A DNA stretch of 32,287 bases from a virus, in IMG/VR virus record IMGVR_UViG_3300030493_000405; one strand, 5' to 3'. A model generated the notes under the pieces. The model had not been told where the DNA came from, did no database searches, and was given only the letters and a program-made list of their open reading frames with translations. This document shows positions 18,083 to 27,329 of the stretch, in pieces (position 1 is the first letter of the stretch; every line of letters begins with the position of its first letter). The position numbers were made by a program, and so were the translations under genes.

Positions 18083-19423
18083 TCATAGCTCCCTAAGAGT
18101 GAAGTTGAAGAACTGGGAAAATACATTGCTTGGCCCTCCTAGCATTGGATCTGTAGGTCCGTCTCTCAGATAGAACCTGGCAGAAATCGTGCCATTGGTC
18201 AGATCCAGCAACGAGTTCGTAGTGGTCCTTTCAGGCATGTCCACCTCAAGTGATCTATCCTTGAAGAGCACTTGATCATCCTTCTCGGCATAAACGGACC
18301 TGAGTGTGTCGATCATGTCCTGGAGAGTGAACTTCCCCTTGTGGTTTGAAGTAATGTTTGTGAGGGTCTTGTAGCGCAGGAATGTATCGTAGTAGCTGGC
18401 GTTAGCATCCGGCTTGGGGAATGAGTCCACTGTAGGATAAATGGACACTGGATGGTTGGTCATCACTCGAATTGAGTTAGAACCATCTGTAAAGTGAACG
18501 CTATCATCCTTGGCAGAGAACTCAGCTATGGTGGAGTTGCCATACTGGTCATAGATCAGGAAATGGTTGCCAGCGAATGGGAAATATATCCTGTTGTTGA
18601 GCATGGCTACCTTGGCCTCTTCGATGCTCTTGCATGTGTCTAGAACCATCCTGGCTGCAAGCATCTCTGAAAGGCCGCTGGATCTGGCTCCGCCGGGAGG
18701 TATCATCACTATAAGTGGACTGTCGTCTTCGAGCAATTCTATGGCCAGGCCTTGGGAGTTTATTCCCTGGAAGAATGTCCCCAACAGGTCATGGCCACCG
18801 ATCACCAGGCTCGAATAGCCCTCATCAGGGTAGAGTTCCAGCACATAGGCTCTGGCAAACATGCCCGTTTGGTTTGAGGCATTCTTGCCCAAGACTACAT
18901 CCAAAGGCACTGTGACATAGTCCATGTTTCTACAGGCCATGGAATGACCGTTATAAGTTACAGATGGCGGGAAGTAGACCACCGAGCAGCCAAGAGACCC
19001 TGCATCGTAGGGCAGAACACTGAGGTCTAAGTCAGTAGAGCTGAGGGAGACATTGTAGGCCTCTGCCACGCCCTTCATCCTCTCGTAGAAGGCTGGATAG
19101 TTCTTCTGCATATAGATCTGGTGAGCTTTGGCATACACTGGATCGACGAACCGGATTGGCCTGGCATTATAATACTCCTTAGAGATCTCTCCAAGGGCTT
19201 TGCCGATTTGCTCATTGGTCCCCTTGAGAACGATGTGCCTTACCTCTGTGTAATTTGTGCTATCTCGATTCAAGAGAACCTCATTCTTCAAAATCACAGG
19301 GTTCACTGCAGCTGTAATAAGGCTGCTATTAGATATCTTTGTCCCGGTATCGGCCGCGGCTGAGGTGCTTAAAAGCGATGCCAAGATAAAGAGCGATACG
19401 ACCATTGTTGGGTAGACGTTCAT
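18083..19423 (-). CDS. Secreted C45-family Ntn-hydrolase (cysteine peptidase/acyltransferase-like)
   Basis: Signal peptide MNVYPTMVVSLFILASLLSTSAAA, autoprocessing site G-CSVV, CRNMDY, GINSQGL and MTNH. ATG 19423 has GGTGAT upstream. Confidence 0.88.
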   Translation of the reverse strand: MNVYPTMVVSLFILASLLSTSAAADTGTKISNSSLITAAVNPVILKNEVLLNRDSTNYTEVRHIVLKGTNEQIGKALGEISKEYYNARPIRFVDPVYAKAHQIYMQKNYPAFYERMKGVAEAYNVSLSSTDLDLSVLPYDAGSLGCSVVYFPPSVTYNGHSMACRNMDYVTVPLDVVLGKNASNQTGMFARAYVLELYPDEGYSSLVIGGHDLLGTFFQGINSQGLAIELLEDDSPLIVMIPPGGARSSGLSEMLAARMVLDTCKSIEEAKVAMLNNRIYFPFAGNHFLIYDQYGNSTIAEFSAKDDSVHFTDGSNSIRVMTNHPVSIYPTVDSFPKPDANASYYDTFLRYKTLTNITSNHKGKFTLQDMIDTLRSVYAEKDDQVLFKDRSLEVDMPERTTTNSLLDLTNGTISARFYLRDGPTDPMLGGPSNVFSQFFNFTLREL

Positions 19424-20033
19424 CTGATCACCATCTGCTGTCCTGTGAAATTGTGCCCTGATTAGATAACATTTCTGATATCTCAAAACTCGAAAGAAAA
19501 CATTAGGGCACCCTGCAAGGGGTAAATTACTGATAATCCGTATGGTATGTATAACGTGCAAAATTCATGGCTCATTTTCTATCACTTGTGTGCCCTGGCT
19601 ACTAAATTATAAAAGCAAACTTGCATTCAATCTTTTGTGTCGCATAACTCACAAAATTCGATATGCTCTGAACCATATCTAAATTGATCTGCGAAACGGA
19701 AAAATCGATATCTAACAGCACTTTATATCTCGACTTATGCGACACAGCACATCCTTCTGGAACCCGTAAGTTGATGGCTCTGGTCTCCCCCAACACTCCC
19801 TTTAATTTGCCTATTACTCCCCAGGCAAATTCTCTTTTGCCAAGGACCATCAGCCGGGAACTTCCTTGAGTGAAGATTGGCCTATGGTAAAGCCTCGGAC
19901 GCTTTACCTGTCCTAGACCTGGAAAAATGTTTGCGCTCACTTGACCGGGCCGGCCAATGTAAAAGTCGATCCGAGGTGATATATCATTACACCTGATGAG
20001 ATAATAAAATTAATTACGGCAATCAGTGACCTA

Positions 20034-20243
20034 TTGGATACTAAGAAACGGGTATTCATAGGACTGGTAGTTCTCTGTATAGCGTACTTTGCAACCACAA
20101 ACCCGGCAATCAATCAGACATATGCCGGCCAGTGGGTCAATGCGGCAATGATGGTGATCTCATTCTACCTGGGATCCCATACTGAGAAGATGAAGATGGG
20201 GGAGGATCAGGGCGGGGATGGCACGGTTGGAGGATCTGGATGA
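20034..20243 (+). CDS. Small two-TM membrane protein, holin-like
   Basis: Two hydrophobic segments, an ISFYLGS motif, a charged C-tail and a position at the head of the virion operon. Confidence 0.5.
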   Translation: MDTKKRVFIGLVVLCIAYFATTNPAINQTYAGQWVNAAMMVISFYLGSHTEKMKMGEDQGGDGTVGGSG

Positions 20244-20917
20244 GGCCTATTCATTGGCTCTTGATCTTCGCATTAATTGCCCTGATTCTCGTCTGCCTTG
20301 ATCTGTCACTGTCCCAGGCCGAGGTGACTATAGACAAGAACATCCACGTAGGCGGGAACGGCACTCTCTACAGCTCAGCCCGAGCTGACACTGGCATAGG
20401 AACGGCAGGAAACCGGATAACTGGCCAAGGTGAGCAATATCTTGAAGACAGTGTAGACATGACCGACGAACAGACCACGCTCAACACATCTTACTCCTTG
20501 ACCTCTGAAACGCCCTGGTTCCATAACGCCTACATGACCTATACCGCTACATCAAACAGGGACTACAGCCGCTACCTCTCAACATTTGGCAGCAGGACAT
20601 TCAGAGTCGAGACTGTTCTCAAGGCCAACGATACCGAACTCAGATCCAACATAGAAGCAATTGGCGACGCTGGCCAGGCAACGGATGTCATAGTCGATGC
20701 CACTAAGAAGAAGCCTATAGAGCTCTCTAGGACCGTAGTCACAGGCCCTTTCGAGCTGGGGATAAAGTTTGATGCCTTTGTCCCTGCCAAGATTAGTGCA
20801 GACTGGCTCCCCTGTCCTTCGGGCATTCAGCTTGACAACTCTACGGCATGGCGCCCCAGGAACCTGCTCGGCAACATGAGCGACATATTCGACGCCGCAA
20901 GGGGGAACAGGTCATGA
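20240..20917 (+). CDS. Secreted or membrane-anchored beta-rich hypothetical protein
   Basis: N-terminal hydrophobic signal (WLLIFALIALILVCL..SQA); ATGA coupling at both ends. Confidence 0.72.
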   Translation: MRPIHWLLIFALIALILVCLDLSLSQAEVTIDKNIHVGGNGTLYSSARADTGIGTAGNRITGQGEQYLEDSVDMTDEQTTLNTSYSLTSETPWFHNAYMTYTATSNRDYSRYLSTFGSRTFRVETVLKANDTELRSNIEAIGDAGQATDVIVDATKKKPIELSRTVVTGPFELGIKFDAFVPAKISADWLPCPSGIQLDNSTAWRPRNLLGNMSDIFDAARGNRS

Positions 20918-21093
20918 ATGAGGATAAGCTGACCTCGGCCCAGGTCCGGGCCGGGCATCGGAGGTGCATCAAGGAGAACTCTGAACGGAGTACGCCAAAC
21001 ATCCGGCCCCAGGCAGCGTTCAGCCTGGAATGTACCTTGCGGGCATTAGCTGCCCATCGGGCCTCTCAGGGGGTGGAACCAATGGGTCAATGA
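20914..21093 (+). CDS. Small hypothetical protein (59 aa)
   Basis: ATG 20914 overlaps the upstream stop. Confidence 0.4.
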   Translation: MNEDKLTSAQVRAGHRRCIKENSERSTPNIRPQAAFSLECTLRALAAHRASQGVEPMGQ

Positions 21094-21392
21094 CCCCTCA
21101 TCCCCAGCCACATCCTTTCAACATTGATCAGTTACATTATTCTTGCTATTAGCTAAAATGTCACCCAATAATCTGGCCTGTCAAGATCAGTCAATGGCTG
21201 GCCTAAATCGGTGAATTGGCTGGGCAAAGGCCAGACAAATTACCCAAAACCCACAGTCAACCCAGCCAATTATGCTTCATGACTGACCTGTTCCCTTGTT
21301 ATTTGCAGGCCTGGAACTGCTATCTTCTGGCGATGTGACTTGTGGTTGAGCCCAGTCAGGCCAAGACACCTCCTATAGGATGCCCAGCCACC

Positions 21393-21986
21393 ATGACTAA
21401 GACACCAAATGACCAGTGCAAGACTTGCAAATCACCCCACCTTCATGATTATGAGCGCTGGTACTTTGTTGAAAAGCTCAGCCCCAGGAAAATGAGTGCC
21501 AGGGCAATGCAGGAATTTCAAGAAAATATCGGTAAGGATTCCTTTTTCAACCATTTTAAGTACCACTCGCAGGTTCCGGCTGAGGTCCAGAAGCGGTACC
21601 AAGAACAACAAGCCTCAATCAAAGAAACTGCTGGCAAGGTCGTTGATGAGCTGGCCGTCTTGGACCAGCTAATCCAGGATGAGATGGAAACTCATGGCCT
21701 GGTCAAAGCCTGGGTCTCTGAACTCTTCAGGCCGAGGGTTCCGCACATCGATAAAAGTACAGAATTGCCCTACATTCCCATGTCTCTTGTCTCCATGGAT
21801 CAGGGCACGATAGCAGAGATTCGACAGCTCATAAAGACCAAGTCTGACCTGATGAATGGCGACCTCAAGGGCACTGAGGCGAAGATGATCACAGAAGCGA
21901 TGAAGAAGGTGCATGAACACAGAAAGCAGCGGCTCAATGGACCTGGCGGAGGCTTACGAGGAGCTGGCTTTGGAGGTAAGAAGTGA
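21393..21986 (+). CDS. Probable terminase small subunit
   Basis: Lies directly upstream of and overlaps terL; N-terminal CKTC..H / H..YH putative Zn-HTH region, then helices. Call is largely positional. Confidence 0.55.
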   Translation: MTKTPNDQCKTCKSPHLHDYERWYFVEKLSPRKMSARAMQEFQENIGKDSFFNHFKYHSQVPAEVQKRYQEQQASIKETAGKVVDELAVLDQLIQDEMETHGLVKAWVSELFRPRVPHIDKSTELPYIPMSLVSMDQGTIAEIRQLIKTKSDLMNGDLKGTEAKMITEAMKKVHEHRKQRLNGPGGGLRGAGFGGKK

Positions 21987-23466
21987 TCCCGTCTGGTATG
22001 TCGAGACATTCCTTGACTCCCACCCCTGGACTGTTCAAGCCCAAATCCTTGAAGCCATCCGAGACTACAAGCGTATCGTTGTCCGGTCCTGTCATGGCAT
22101 AGGCAAGTCCTGGCTCGCTGCCCAGGTCATCTTATGGTTCCTCATTGCTTTTTATCCCTCAATCGTTCTCTCTACAGCTCCCACTTTCAGACAGGTCGAG
22201 AAGCTGGTCTGGAAGGAAGTCAGAGCCAGCTTCAACAGGGCGAGTTTCAAAATAGGCCACCTCCTGCCCAAGGCTCCCGAACTCCAGATCCAGCAAGACC
22301 AATGGTATGGTGTGGGCCTCTCGACCAATGACCCTAACAGGTTTCAGGGGTTCCACGAAGAGAATATCCTGGTGGTCATAGATGAAGGCCCGGGTGTGGA
22401 CGAGGACATCCATGAAGCCGTAAACGGCGTGATGACCTCCAAGAATGCTAAACTCTTCATGACCGGCAATCCCACGGCCACCACAGGAACATTCTTTAAC
22501 GCCTTTAACTCCGATCTTTGGAAGACCTTCCATGTCGCAGCCTGGGACACCCCGAACTTCACCGAGTACGGAATAGTCGAGGCAGACATAGCGTCTGGTG
22601 CCTGGAAGGATAAGCTCGGAGATAAACCGCTGGTCAACCCCAACCTCATCACTCCAGGCTGGGCCGCAGAAATGTACCAGCTCTGGGGACCGGATTCCTC
22701 AGCTTACCAGGTCCGTGTTGGAGGCAACTTCCCTAAGAAGGGCCTTGATACCATTATTCCTTATGACTATGTTGAACGGGCAATAGAACGCTATGCTGAT
22801 CTCGAAGACCAGGGCGTACTTGATGACTTAGACGGCCTGGAACCTAGAACCCTGGGCGTAGACGTTGCCAGGTTCGGAGATGATGACTCTGTCCTGGCCC
22901 CAAGGATTGGCAATATTATCCTGCCACTCGAGTATTACAACGGCCTGGATACCATGGAGCTGACAGGAAAGATCGTCCAGATCATGGACCGGCTGAGCCT
23001 CGATCATGTGAACGTAGACGAACCAGGCCTTGGCGGTGGTGTAGAGGACAGACTTAGAGAACTGGATTATGATGTCACTGGCGTAAATACCGGCAACAGC
23101 CCCAAGGACCCAACCAAATATTTCAATCTCAGGGCTGAACTCTGGGCCACTTTCAGGGACAAAATCCACCCCAACCCCAGAATTAACGCTAATCCTTACG
23201 CCCTTCCTGAAGACGATAGGCTAAGGGCTGATCTCTGCGCCCCCAAGTACAAGAATCTCTCTGATGGTCGCATTCAGTTGGAACGTAAGGAGGACACCAA
23301 GAAGAGACTCAGGCGCTCTCCCGATGCTGGAGATGCCGTAATTCTTGCTAGTGCTAATTCTGAGGATATTGATAATGATGGCGCTGTTGTTGATTTTGAT
23401 GTTATGGAACAAGAGAGCCGATGGAAAGGCAGCGGGAGACGGAAAGGAAAAGGAAGGAGGAGGTAA
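21937..23466 (+). CDS. terL: Terminase large subunit
   Basis: Walker A VRSCHGIGKS, Walker B VVIDEG, coupling motif MTGNP, nuclease LGVDVARFGDDDSV and RSPDAGDA. Confidence 0.95.
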   Translation: MDLAEAYEELALEVRSDPVWYVETFLDSHPWTVQAQILEAIRDYKRIVVRSCHGIGKSWLAAQVILWFLIAFYPSIVLSTAPTFRQVEKLVWKEVRASFNRASFKIGHLLPKAPELQIQQDQWYGVGLSTNDPNRFQGFHEENILVVIDEGPGVDEDIHEAVNGVMTSKNAKLFMTGNPTATTGTFFNAFNSDLWKTFHVAAWDTPNFTEYGIVEADIASGAWKDKLGDKPLVNPNLITPGWAAEMYQLWGPDSSAYQVRVGGNFPKKGLDTIIPYDYVERAIERYADLEDQGVLDDLDGLEPRTLGVDVARFGDDDSVLAPRIGNIILPLEYYNGLDTMELTGKIVQIMDRLSLDHVNVDEPGLGGGVEDRLRELDYDVTGVNTGNSPKDPTKYFNLRAELWATFRDKIHPNPRINANPYALPEDDRLRADLCAPKYKNLSDGRIQLERKEDTKKRLRRSPDAGDAVILASANSEDIDNDGAVVDFDVMEQESRWKGSGRRKGKGRRR

Positions 23467-23469
23467 TGC

Positions 23470-24969
23470 GTGAAGCGGATTAAGAACGTATTTGACCAGG
23501 TTGGCAGGACCGGCCTACAGCAATACGGTGGCTATATCTATGAGGATTGGTTCCCGCCACTCGTAGGAGCTGCAGGTGCCAGGATCTATAGGATGATGGG
23601 CGATAACTCGCCCGTCCTATATGGCATGCGGTACGCTGTGGATATGATCCTGTCCAAGGTGCCTGTCAAGGTCACCGAGGCCAGCAGCTGCAGGGCAGAT
23701 ATTGAGGCTAAAGCCTTTGTGGATTCTCTTTTTAAGGATATGAATCCCTCCTGGCCAGAGACCAAATCCGAAATCTTAACAGATATCGTATTTGGCTGGG
23801 CCTACTTCGAGCAGCTTTTCAAGAAGCGTGAGGGCCTTGACCAGGACGACCCCCTGAGACGCAGCCAGTATGACGATGGCCTTATCGGTTGGAGGTCCTG
23901 GGAGATCAGGTCTCAGGAGTCCCTGGATCACTGGGTATTCGATGAGGAGACAGGCGAGCTTCTGGGCATGGTCCAGTCCCCGCCTCCAGACTTCCAGCCC
24001 CGGTTCGTCCCATATGCCAAGTCTTTGCTTTTCAGGATTCGATCTTCAAAGAACAACCCAGAGGGCGAGAGCCTCTTCCGTGGCTGCTACCGGGCCTGGT
24101 ACAATGTCACCAATGCCGAGGACATAGAGGGCATAGGCATGGAGCGGGACCTTTGCGGCCTGCCAGTCCTTTACGCTCCCGAGAAAGTGGTCAGTGGCAA
24201 GGATGCCAAATCCAGACAGGCAAAACAGAAGTGTATCAAGCTCATCACCGGCCTTAAGAGGGACGAATCCGAGGGCGTTCTTCTCCCCTCTACCAGGGAC
24301 AAATACGGCAACCGCGAGTACGAGCTGACACTTCTGGCCAGCGCCGGCACCAGGCAGTTCAATATCAACCAGACCATCACCAGGTACACCAGAGACATGG
24401 CTATGACCCTCCTGGCTGACTTCCTGCTCCTGGGCAGCCAGAAGTATGGTTCCAACGCCCTGGCCGTGACCAAGAACGAGCTTTTCCAGGCAGCTCTCCA
24501 GACCATCTGCGACCGGATGGCGGGCGTGATCAACTCCCAGGCCATACCCCTGGTCATATCCCTGAATCCCTTTGATGACATAACCGGCCTGCCCAAGGTC
24601 TCATTTGGCACTGTTGAGACCCCAGACCTGGCCCAGTTAGGAGAGTTCATCAGCAACCTTGCAGGCTCCAAGCAGAACCTGTTCGCTGATGATGTAGAGC
24701 TTGAGAACTATCTGAGAAGAGCTGCAGGCCTGCCTTCCGTCCCGCCTAAGCCTAACCAACTACCTACGCCTCTACCTAATTCTCTACCTGCAGGTGGCCA
24801 GTCCCAGGCTCAGGCCCAACCAGGCCCGGAGGCACAGCCCCAGGATGACCAGGCTCAAGCCATGGGCGAGCTGCAGAAGGCTTTCGACACGGGCCACTAC
24901 TCGGCTAAGGAAATTCAAGACCTGGCCCATCTCCTCCTCCGCAGGCCCGAGGGGAGGCTGATAGCTTGA
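23470..24969 (+). CDS. Portal protein (DUF935/Mu gp29-like) with a Pro/Gln-rich tail
   Basis: 499 aa after terL; GRTGL..YGG.I.E, FGWAYFEQ, NNPEGESLFRGCYRAW, GMERDLCGLP and QAIPLVISLN. Confidence 0.9.
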   Translation: MKRIKNVFDQVGRTGLQQYGGYIYEDWFPPLVGAAGARIYRMMGDNSPVLYGMRYAVDMILSKVPVKVTEASSCRADIEAKAFVDSLFKDMNPSWPETKSEILTDIVFGWAYFEQLFKKREGLDQDDPLRRSQYDDGLIGWRSWEIRSQESLDHWVFDEETGELLGMVQSPPPDFQPRFVPYAKSLLFRIRSSKNNPEGESLFRGCYRAWYNVTNAEDIEGIGMERDLCGLPVLYAPEKVVSGKDAKSRQAKQKCIKLITGLKRDESEGVLLPSTRDKYGNREYELTLLASAGTRQFNINQTITRYTRDMAMTLLADFLLLGSQKYGSNALAVTKNELFQAALQTICDRMAGVINSQAIPLVISLNPFDDITGLPKVSFGTVETPDLAQLGEFISNLAGSKQNLFADDVELENYLRRAAGLPSVPPKPNQLPTPLPNSLPAGGQSQAQAQPGPEAQPQDDQAQAMGELQKAFDTGHYSAKEIQDLAHLLLRRPEGRLIA

Positions 24970-27329
24970 TCTCGGATAGCAGGAGCGAGGAAGCCAGGAA
25001 GGCAGTCGTGCCCGGCTCTGGCCCAGCTGGTGCCCTCATAGCCTTCATAGCAGCCTCACCCTCAGAGCTCGAAGGTATAAGGCGTCTCCCATTTGTAGGA
25101 CAGGCGGGACGTGTATTCAAGGAACATTACTTGGATCCTCTGGGCCTGACTCGTGACCAGGTCATCCTGGCCCATGTGGTCCCTGAGGTGCTGAAGTCGG
25201 ATGGGCGGATAAGAGGCCCAAGCCAGGCCGAGATAGATGCTCACCTTCCGTCTCTCCTGAAAGCCCTGGACGATTCAAAGCCCCAGGTCATAATTGCCCT
25301 TGGCCGGGTGGCTAAAGATGCCCTCGGAGATCGGGCCGCCCTGGTCCTGCCTCACCCCCTGGCCATAATCTCGAAGGGTGACAGGGGAGAAGTGGCCCGA
25401 AAGCTCAAACAGATCAAGGGCCTGGTCCAAAAGGAGAGGTCGGGCTCAGCCCAACCCTTTCATCGAATCATAAAGGGCTACTGCACGCTCCACAACTCCA
25501 AGGGTGGGACGTTCGTGGTCAATGCTCCCGGCCTGGACTGCAAGGGCTCTGACAAGTCTTCTAATGTCAGTAGTGCCTCTGGTGTGCCTGGTTCAGACCA
25601 CTCGATTATACCTTCTGGTAGGCCCAATGTGATAAGACTCTGGCTCAGATCCCACCCTGATGAACGGGCCGTGGTCAGAAGCATAAAAAACGGCAAGGCT
25701 GAGGTCAGACTGGCTGGCAGTGGTGACCTTCTGGGCACATTCTCGACCAAAGATCTGCCTGAGGGCCTGGCTGAGGGTGACCGCCTCTATCCAGTAAGCA
25801 GTGGCCTGGTTATAATTAAGCCAAGATCAGATAATATAAAGCGACACACTCACGAAGCTTACCACACTCCGGAAGAGAACGCCCTGAATCACGAGCCTCG
25901 GCTTGAAGACGATACCACCTCCTGGCTTGCCAGAGAGATGAGCCCTGAGGCGAAAGTCTCAGTTACTCACATAGACTCCCAGACCAAAGAGGCCATCCTG
26001 ACCTCAGAGGCCCGGTCCTGGCAGGCCCGGATACCTCTAAACCTCTTGCCTGACCCTCAGGAAGGGGACGTCATTTACGGGACTTCTGGCAAGCTTAACA
26101 ACAAGAGGACCGGAGAATCTACAGATTCAGCACCTCTGATAGACTATATCCTCCACAACACCGAGGCCCCCAGCTACTTCAAGAACCTGATTAAGCCCTA
26201 TGGAGAGAGCGGCCCAGACATAAGTGGAGTGACCAAATCTCTTGAAGAGGACGAGCCTCATAGTGCTGTTGCTTTACAATCGTATTATCAAAACTGGCAG
26301 ACCTATGTACCCAAGACCGGCAAGGGCAGATTTGTTTTACAAGCGCATTGGCGAGGTCTTAATAGAGAAGAGGCGAACCTCAGCCACGAGGAGCTTCTGA
26401 AAACAGACAACAATGTACACTGTGACCTCCGCTTAGAGATCGATGGAGAGACGTTATGGGGCTTCACAATCTTTGAAGGTAAGGCATCTGACATTCGTGA
26501 GACGACAGACGGCGCCGGAATCCTGAGCCTAAAGCCTGCAGACAGCCTACAAGGAGCATACAAGCTTCCTCAACCCTATGCCTGGCTCGACATAGCCAAA
26601 GAAAAGCCATATGTCATCGAGCCTACAAGTGCAGGTGCGACCTCCAAATCCTGGGCAGCATTCTTCCAGCTAGATGCAGGTGAATACGAGCTCTCTTATG
26701 CTCGCGAATATGCCAGAGAGCTTTTCATGCATGGCGCAAAGCTGAAGGGAAGGCTATTGATTCAGTGTGCCCCTGTGGGCAGTCGCCGTGTGTGGATTAT
26801 TAACCGCCCTGAAGACCAGACTCCCTACACAGCTAACCATAAGCTTGAGGATGTGGAGGCTGATGTTAAGGCCAGGGGCCAAAAATATCTTGTCTGGGCA
26901 GACAAGCCTGGAGAATCCCCACAGGTCATAAATACTTCTTCTGATATACAGAAGGGCCAAGGCTACGCAACTATTCTAAAAGCTGATGAGGAAAAGCGCA
27001 TAGTATGCGGCGTAGTCCTTGAGCCTGAGTCCTTTGATTTACAAGGGCATCGGCTTACCGCTGATGAGATTAAGCGGTCTGGTGAAGAATACCTAAAGAA
27101 ATCCAGGGTATTTTTCGATAGACACCGCAAGCCCGCCAAAGCTGAGCTTGTAAAATTCTGGTTTGTAGATAAAGACCAGATGGTATACGGCCAGCTAGTC
27201 AAGGCCAATTCCTGGGTAATTTGTGTTCATGTCTCAGATGATAGGATATGGGACAGGATCAAGCGCGGTGAATACACTGGATTCTCGGTAGGAGGTAGAG
27301 GTGTCCTCATACCCGTCAGGATTGCCTAA
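24966..27329 (+). CDS. Multidomain prohead protease: UDG-like, two DUF3006-like repeats, LigD 3'-phosphoesterase-like and XkdF-type serine protease domains
   Basis: PFVGQAG..LGLTRDQV..PQVIIALG..LPHP (UDG family 4/5 fold); LPEGLAEGD and LPDPQEGD; FVLQAH..HCDLRLE..DAGEY..GAKLKGR (PE); KADEEKRIVCGVVLEP..DLQG..RH..W..IKRGEYTGFSVGG (XkdF). Confidence 0.88.
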   Translation: MISDSRSEEARKAVVPGSGPAGALIAFIAASPSELEGIRRLPFVGQAGRVFKEHYLDPLGLTRDQVILAHVVPEVLKSDGRIRGPSQAEIDAHLPSLLKALDDSKPQVIIALGRVAKDALGDRAALVLPHPLAIISKGDRGEVARKLKQIKGLVQKERSGSAQPFHRIIKGYCTLHNSKGGTFVVNAPGLDCKGSDKSSNVSSASGVPGSDHSIIPSGRPNVIRLWLRSHPDERAVVRSIKNGKAEVRLAGSGDLLGTFSTKDLPEGLAEGDRLYPVSSGLVIIKPRSDNIKRHTHEAYHTPEENALNHEPRLEDDTTSWLAREMSPEAKVSVTHIDSQTKEAILTSEARSWQARIPLNLLPDPQEGDVIYGTSGKLNNKRTGESTDSAPLIDYILHNTEAPSYFKNLIKPYGESGPDISGVTKSLEEDEPHSAVALQSYYQNWQTYVPKTGKGRFVLQAHWRGLNREEANLSHEELLKTDNNVHCDLRLEIDGETLWGFTIFEGKASDIRETTDGAGILSLKPADSLQGAYKLPQPYAWLDIAKEKPYVIEPTSAGATSKSWAAFFQLDAGEYELSYAREYARELFMHGAKLKGRLLIQCAPVGSRRVWIINRPEDQTPYTANHKLEDVEADVKARGQKYLVWADKPGESPQVINTSSDIQKGQGYATILKADEEKRIVCGVVLEPESFDLQGHRLTADEIKRSGEEYLKKSRVFFDRHRKPAKAELVKFWFVDKDQMVYGQLVKANSWVICVHVSDDRIWDRIKRGEYTGFSVGGRGVLIPVRIA

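Noticed and set aside
21937-23466. Intein or intron in the terminase
   Set aside because: Normal length, with no splice-junction or homing-endonuclease motifs seen.
24735-24860. Pro/Gln-rich repeat at the portal C-terminus
   Set aside because: A low-complexity linker common in portal tails, with no regular periodicity.
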